Part shown: piece by piece, positions 4,204 to 6,829 of the stretch
Layout of the letters: each line of letters starts with the position of its first letter
How positions within the stretch are numbered: position 1 is the stretch's first letter
IMG/VR virus record: IMGVR_UViG_2778261463_000018
Source of the DNA: a virus
Lineage: Duplodnaviria; Heunggongvirae; Uroviricota; Caudoviricetes
DNA: 6,829 nucleotides
Strand: one strand, 5' to 3'
Position numbers and translations under genes: made by a program
Notes under the pieces: model-generated
Told to the model about the DNA's origin: nothing
Database searches by the model: none
Seen by the model: only the letters and a program-made list of their open reading frames with translations

Positions 4204-5606
4204 AACTGGCACCGAACGTAAAACTGTTACCGAAAAATAAACACACTGAGGCGGTTATTTTTGCGGGTGATAATGCTCACTCCTTTGCAGAACATTACAT
4301 GATTGCACAGGCCAAAAAAGCAGGCGATCCCATCCCTCCGGTTTACCTGGGCCGTTATCAGTTAAGCGAACTGGACAACTTACAGATTGTTGATGAAGGA
4401 CGATACAGGGCAAAGGTCATACGCGCCGGAAACCTGGACGATATGCAGATGCTGACCATTGCCACAAAACTGGCGATCGCCGGAGTCCTGGAGGCGCGGC
4501 TACTTTCTGAAAATTTCGAACTGCTGGAGGACTGGAGCGACCAGCTACCACGACTACGGGAAACATGGGAGAGAGGGGAAAGCCTGGTCATGAATGGCGG
4601 AAAGCGAAAAATCACACTTCCCATCTCATGGGGTTCTGAGGGATTCGATGCGCAGCAAAGCTACGTCATTAAGGGGCTTATTCCGGCTGAGTCATTATGC
4701 AGCACCTACGGGGCCAGCGGTTCTTATAAATCGTTCCTCGCCATTTCCTGGTCGTGCCATGTTGCCACAGGTATGGCATGGGGAGGCCGCAGGGTAAGTA
4801 AGGGTGCGGTTATCTATATCGCTGGCGAAGGCAGCATGGGCGTAAAACGCCGCGTTAAGGCGTGGGAGATAACCCACGAAAAAATGGTTACAGATTTGTG
4901 CATCATTAACGCGCCGGTATTCCCCGCATCGCCTGACTATGTGGAGCAGGTTATCAGGACTGCCGGACTTGTTAAGAGCAGAACGGGCGAAAATGTGCGG
5001 CTGATTGTGATCGACACGCTGGCCCGTTGCTTTGGTGGGAATGATGAAAATGATTCCCGTGATATGGGCGCATTTATCCAGGGGTGTGACGCGATAAAGC
5101 AGGCTACAGGGGCCACGGTGCTGGTGGTTCACCATTCCGGCAAGGATGAAACAAAGGGGGCGCGTGGTTCCAGCGCATTCCGTGCCGCGCTTGATGCAGA
5201 GTACCGAATCAGCCGGGAAAATTCAGACGTTACAGCACTGGTGGCGGCGTGTACGAAGATGAAAGACGCAGAGGAGCCAAAAGAGAGCGCATACGACCTT
5301 AAAAGCGTGGAGGTGTTTACCGATACCGATGGCGAAGAGATTGTGTCCATGGTGGTGATTGACGTTCCCCGCGCCCCTGCTGAACTGGAGCGCATAGAGG
5401 AGGCAGGCAACAAGACGGAAAACCATACCGCGCTATGGGGGTGCATCCGTTCACGCACACAGAACGGCGACAAGTGCACGATCCCGCTGTTACGTGATGA
5501 CATGAAACGGCTTGGGTATGACGTGAAAAATATGCGGCGATGGTTAGCCAAACTGGAAAAAGACGCCGTGATTTACATTGATGGTGATGATGTAGGACCA
5601 CTGTAA
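4200..5606 (+). CDS. P-loop NTPase of the RecA-like/AAA_25 (RepA/DnaB-type replicative helicase) family, 468 aa; putative island replication protein
   Basis: P-loop-like YGASGSYKS (4707-4733), Walker B-like RLIVIDTLARCF, and VLVVHHSGKD...GARGSSAF motifs characteristic of RepA/DnaB-like helicases; SD AGGGGG; immediately followed by an iteron array. Confidence 0.75.
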   Translation: MKLAPNVKLLPKNKHTEAVIFAGDNAHSFAEHYMIAQAKKAGDPIPPVYLGRYQLSELDNLQIVDEGRYRAKVIRAGNLDDMQMLTIATKLAIAGVLEARLLSENFELLEDWSDQLPRLRETWERGESLVMNGGKRKITLPISWGSEGFDAQQSYVIKGLIPAESLCSTYGASGSYKSFLAISWSCHVATGMAWGGRRVSKGAVIYIAGEGSMGVKRRVKAWEITHEKMVTDLCIINAPVFPASPDYVEQVIRTAGLVKSRTGENVRLIVIDTLARCFGGNDENDSRDMGAFIQGCDAIKQATGATVLVVHHSGKDETKGARGSSAFRAALDAEYRISRENSDVTALVAACTKMKDAEEPKESAYDLKSVEVFTDTDGEEIVSMVVIDVPRAPAELERIEEAGNKTENHTALWGCIRSRTQNGDKCTIPLLRDDMKRLGYDVKNMRRWLAKLEKDAVIYIDGDDVGPL

Positions 5607-5806
5607 AAAGTGAGTAGCAAAAGTGAGTAATGGTGATGTTTTTACAAAATATTAACACAATTACTCACTTTCTCACCTGTATACATGCTCAAAAGTGAGG
5701 AGTGAAAAAACACTTATGAAACATGCACATACAAAACACAAAAATCTCAAGTGAGACGAAGCGAGACGCTTTAAAAAGTGAGTAGTAAAAGTGAGAGATG
5801 GTGAGC
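5607..5806. repeat. Iteron-like array with core AAGTGAG(T/A) (at least 7 direct and 2 inverted copies) around an AT-rich spacer; putative replication origin
   Basis: AAAGTGAGTA at 5607, 5620, 5775; AAAGTGAGA 5788; AAAGTGAGG 5691; AAGTGAGA 5750; GGTGAGC 5800; inverted copies TACTCACTT 5662-5670 and TCTCACC 5672-5678; AT-rich 5638-5665; palindrome TGTATACA 5678-5685. Confidence 0.5.
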
Positions 5807-5807
5807 A

Positions 5808-6176
5808 ATGAATAAAAATCGAACAGCAGGACAAAATACCGAAGGTAAATTTATGAACACTGAAATTGAAACACTGAGCATATCAACTGCCCTTCCTGGC
5901 TGGTGGGCTAAGTTCAAAGACGACGACGGCACGGAATGGTATAGCCCAATTGCTGCATGGGCGCTTTGTGAGATCCACCATTTCGGTACCAGGGATACTT
6001 ACCGCGAAATCTTACCCGTGCTGGCCAGTGAGCTGGGCGTGAGTCCGCATAGTCCTGATGAGGGAATGTTCGAGTGCCTTTATCTGCCAGATAAGAAGTT
6101 TGTTCACTGCGGTGAGTCATGGGTATTTGCCTGGTATCCGGTTAACGACAGCAGCAATAGCGGTACTCTGGAGTAA
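5808..6176 (+). CDS. Hypothetical protein, 122 aa (or 107 aa from ATG 5853, which has the better SD)
   Basis: ORF in frame 3; ATG 5808 has a short 3-nt SD spacing, ATG 5853 has GAAGG at 7-nt spacing; Trp-rich, no recognisable motif; stop TAA 6174-6176. Confidence 0.5.
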   Translation: MNKNRTAGQNTEGKFMNTEIETLSISTALPGWWAKFKDDDGTEWYSPIAAWALCEIHHFGTRDTYREILPVLASELGVSPHSPDEGMFECLYLPDKKFVHCGESWVFAWYPVNDSSNSGTLE

Positions 6177-6179
6177 ATC

Positions 6180-6422
6180 ATGAAGGTAAACCACAAAAAG
6201 ACAGATCACCGCGCCATTGACCTTACAGAGCACTGGCTGAGGGTGGCGATAAAAATCATCGACCGCAACGCGGGAGAAGGATACGCGAAAGCACATCCCG
6301 AACTGATAAGCGCATTCATGACAACGACGGCGGCAAACTTTGCCACGCTGACAGAGCGGGATATTGCCCAAGCGGAACAGGTGACAACCATCAACGTTAA
6401 AACCAGTGAGGTGGAATCATGA
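6180..6422 (+). CDS. Hypothetical protein, 80 aa
   Basis: ATG 6180 preceded by GGAG 6169-6172; stop TGA 6420-6422 overlaps the ssb start (ATGA coupling). Confidence 0.5.
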   Translation: MKVNHKKTDHRAIDLTEHWLRVAIKIIDRNAGEGYAKAHPELISAFMTTTAANFATLTERDIAQAEQVTTINVKTSEVES

Positions 6423-6829
6423 CAGCACAGATAGCGGCTTACGGGCGGCTGGTGGCTGACCCGCAGTTAAAGACCACCAGCAAGGGGACACAAATGGCGA
6501 TGGCGAGTATGGCGGTTCCCCTGCCATGCAGCCAGGCAGATGACGGAACGGCGACGATGTGGTTATCCGTCCTGGCGTTTGGCAGACAGGCCGACGCACT
6601 GGCCAGACACCACAAAGGCGAACTGGTGAGCGTGGCGGGTAACATGCAGGTGAGCCAGTGGACCGGACAGAACGGGGAAACGCGGCAGGGCTGGCAGGTT
6701 ATCGCAGACAGCGTAATCAGTGCGCGGACAGTGCGACCTGGCGGAAAAACACGCAAAACCACAGGCACACAGGGGAATAAGCCACCAGCGGGAGGCGATG
6801 ACCCTTACGGTGATGATATTCCGTTCTGA
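6419..6829 (+). CDS. ssb: Single-stranded DNA-binding protein (SSB-like), 136 aa, complete; stop at last base of window
   Basis: N-terminal YGRLVADPQLKTTSKGT...WLSVLAFGRQADALARHHKGELVSVAGNMQVSQWTGQNGETRQ fits the SSB OB-fold pattern (GrL..DPE.R...G...W..V..FG+.AE....+KG..V...G.L....W.D..G..R); Gly/Pro-rich linker; C-terminal acidic tip DDPYGDDIPF matches the canonical SSB tail (E. coli ...DDDIPF). Confidence 0.8.
   Translation: MTAQIAAYGRLVADPQLKTTSKGTQMAMASMAVPLPCSQADDGTATMWLSVLAFGRQADALARHHKGELVSVAGNMQVSQWTGQNGETRQGWQVIADSVISARTVRPGGKTRKTTGTQGNKPPAGGDDPYGDDIPF

Larger units (their letters stand above)
1..6829. mobile_element. Segment of an integrated P4/PICI-like satellite or genomic island (integrase-proximal arm: int, alpA, repressor switch, replication module with ori, ssb)
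   Basis: Gene order int-alpA followed by a replication ATPase and an iteron-rich putative ori matches the P4-like / Gram-negative PICI layout; no att site or flanking host gene is inside the window, so boundaries are undefined. Confidence 0.55.

Noticed and set aside
3134-4212. Minus-strand ORFs antisense to the small-ORF operon (3134-3358, 3204-3572 122 aa, 3937-4212)
   Set aside because: Antisense to a tightly coupled, SD-equipped plus-strand operon; no SD of their own; Arg/Ser-rich translations typical of antisense frames.
4358-5658. Multiple ORFs inside or antisense to the ATPase gene (4358-4624, 4594-4797, 4695-5135, 5129-5551, 5223-5426, 5317-5658)
   Set aside because: All overlap the 468-aa ATPase ORF, which carries the recognisable motifs; none has start signals; Ser/Arg/Cys/His-rich shadow frames.
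5607-5806. Possible CRISPR array suggested by short direct repeats
   Set aside because: Repeat unit is only 8-10 bp with irregular spacing and inverted copies, no 25-40 bp repeats with unique spacers, no cas genes; fits iterons, not CRISPR.
5914-6768. Minus-strand ORFs antisense to the distal operon and ssb (5914-6120, 6117-6371, 6206-6394, 6417-6599, 6439-6768)
   Set aside because: Antisense to supported plus-strand genes including the SSB-like gene; no SD; composition atypical.

Overview
This window looks like the integrase-proximal arm of an integrated P4/PICI-like satellite or genomic island, probably from an enterobacterium-like host (inferred from about 50% GC coding sequence, AT-rich spacers and AGGAG-type ribosome-binding sites). 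Order: tyrosine integrase (1-1230, +); a 374-bp intergenic region with a 16-bp palindrome, four helically phased GAACAA repeats and an 11-bp-arm inverted repeat; an AlpA-family regulator (1605-1793, +); a convergent zone (1794-2120) with GC-rich hairpins, two minus-strand intrinsic terminators and a candidate ~70-nt small RNA; a minus-strand bicistron encoding an Arc/MetJ-type ribbon-helix-helix protein (2370-2543, 57 aa, absent from the ORF track) and a 63-aa charged protein (2121-2312); twin palindromic operators at the start of the Arc-like gene; a plus-strand operon of six overlapping small ORFs (2674-4203); a 468-aa P-loop ATPase resembling RepA/DnaB-type replicative helicases (4200-5606); an AGTGAG iteron-like array that is a putative origin (5607-5806); two small ORFs; and an SSB-like protein ending DDIPF (6419-6829). 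No rRNA, tRNA, CRISPR array, transposase or recognisable defence enzyme was seen. The most interesting candidates for something undescribed are the Arc-like switch with its partner protein, the orphan small RNA, and the six-gene operon of unrecognised small proteins. All family assignments are by eye from motifs and gene order; no database search or folding calculation was possible, so the small ORFs are called hypothetical. The attachment site and island boundary are expected upstream of position 1, outside the window.
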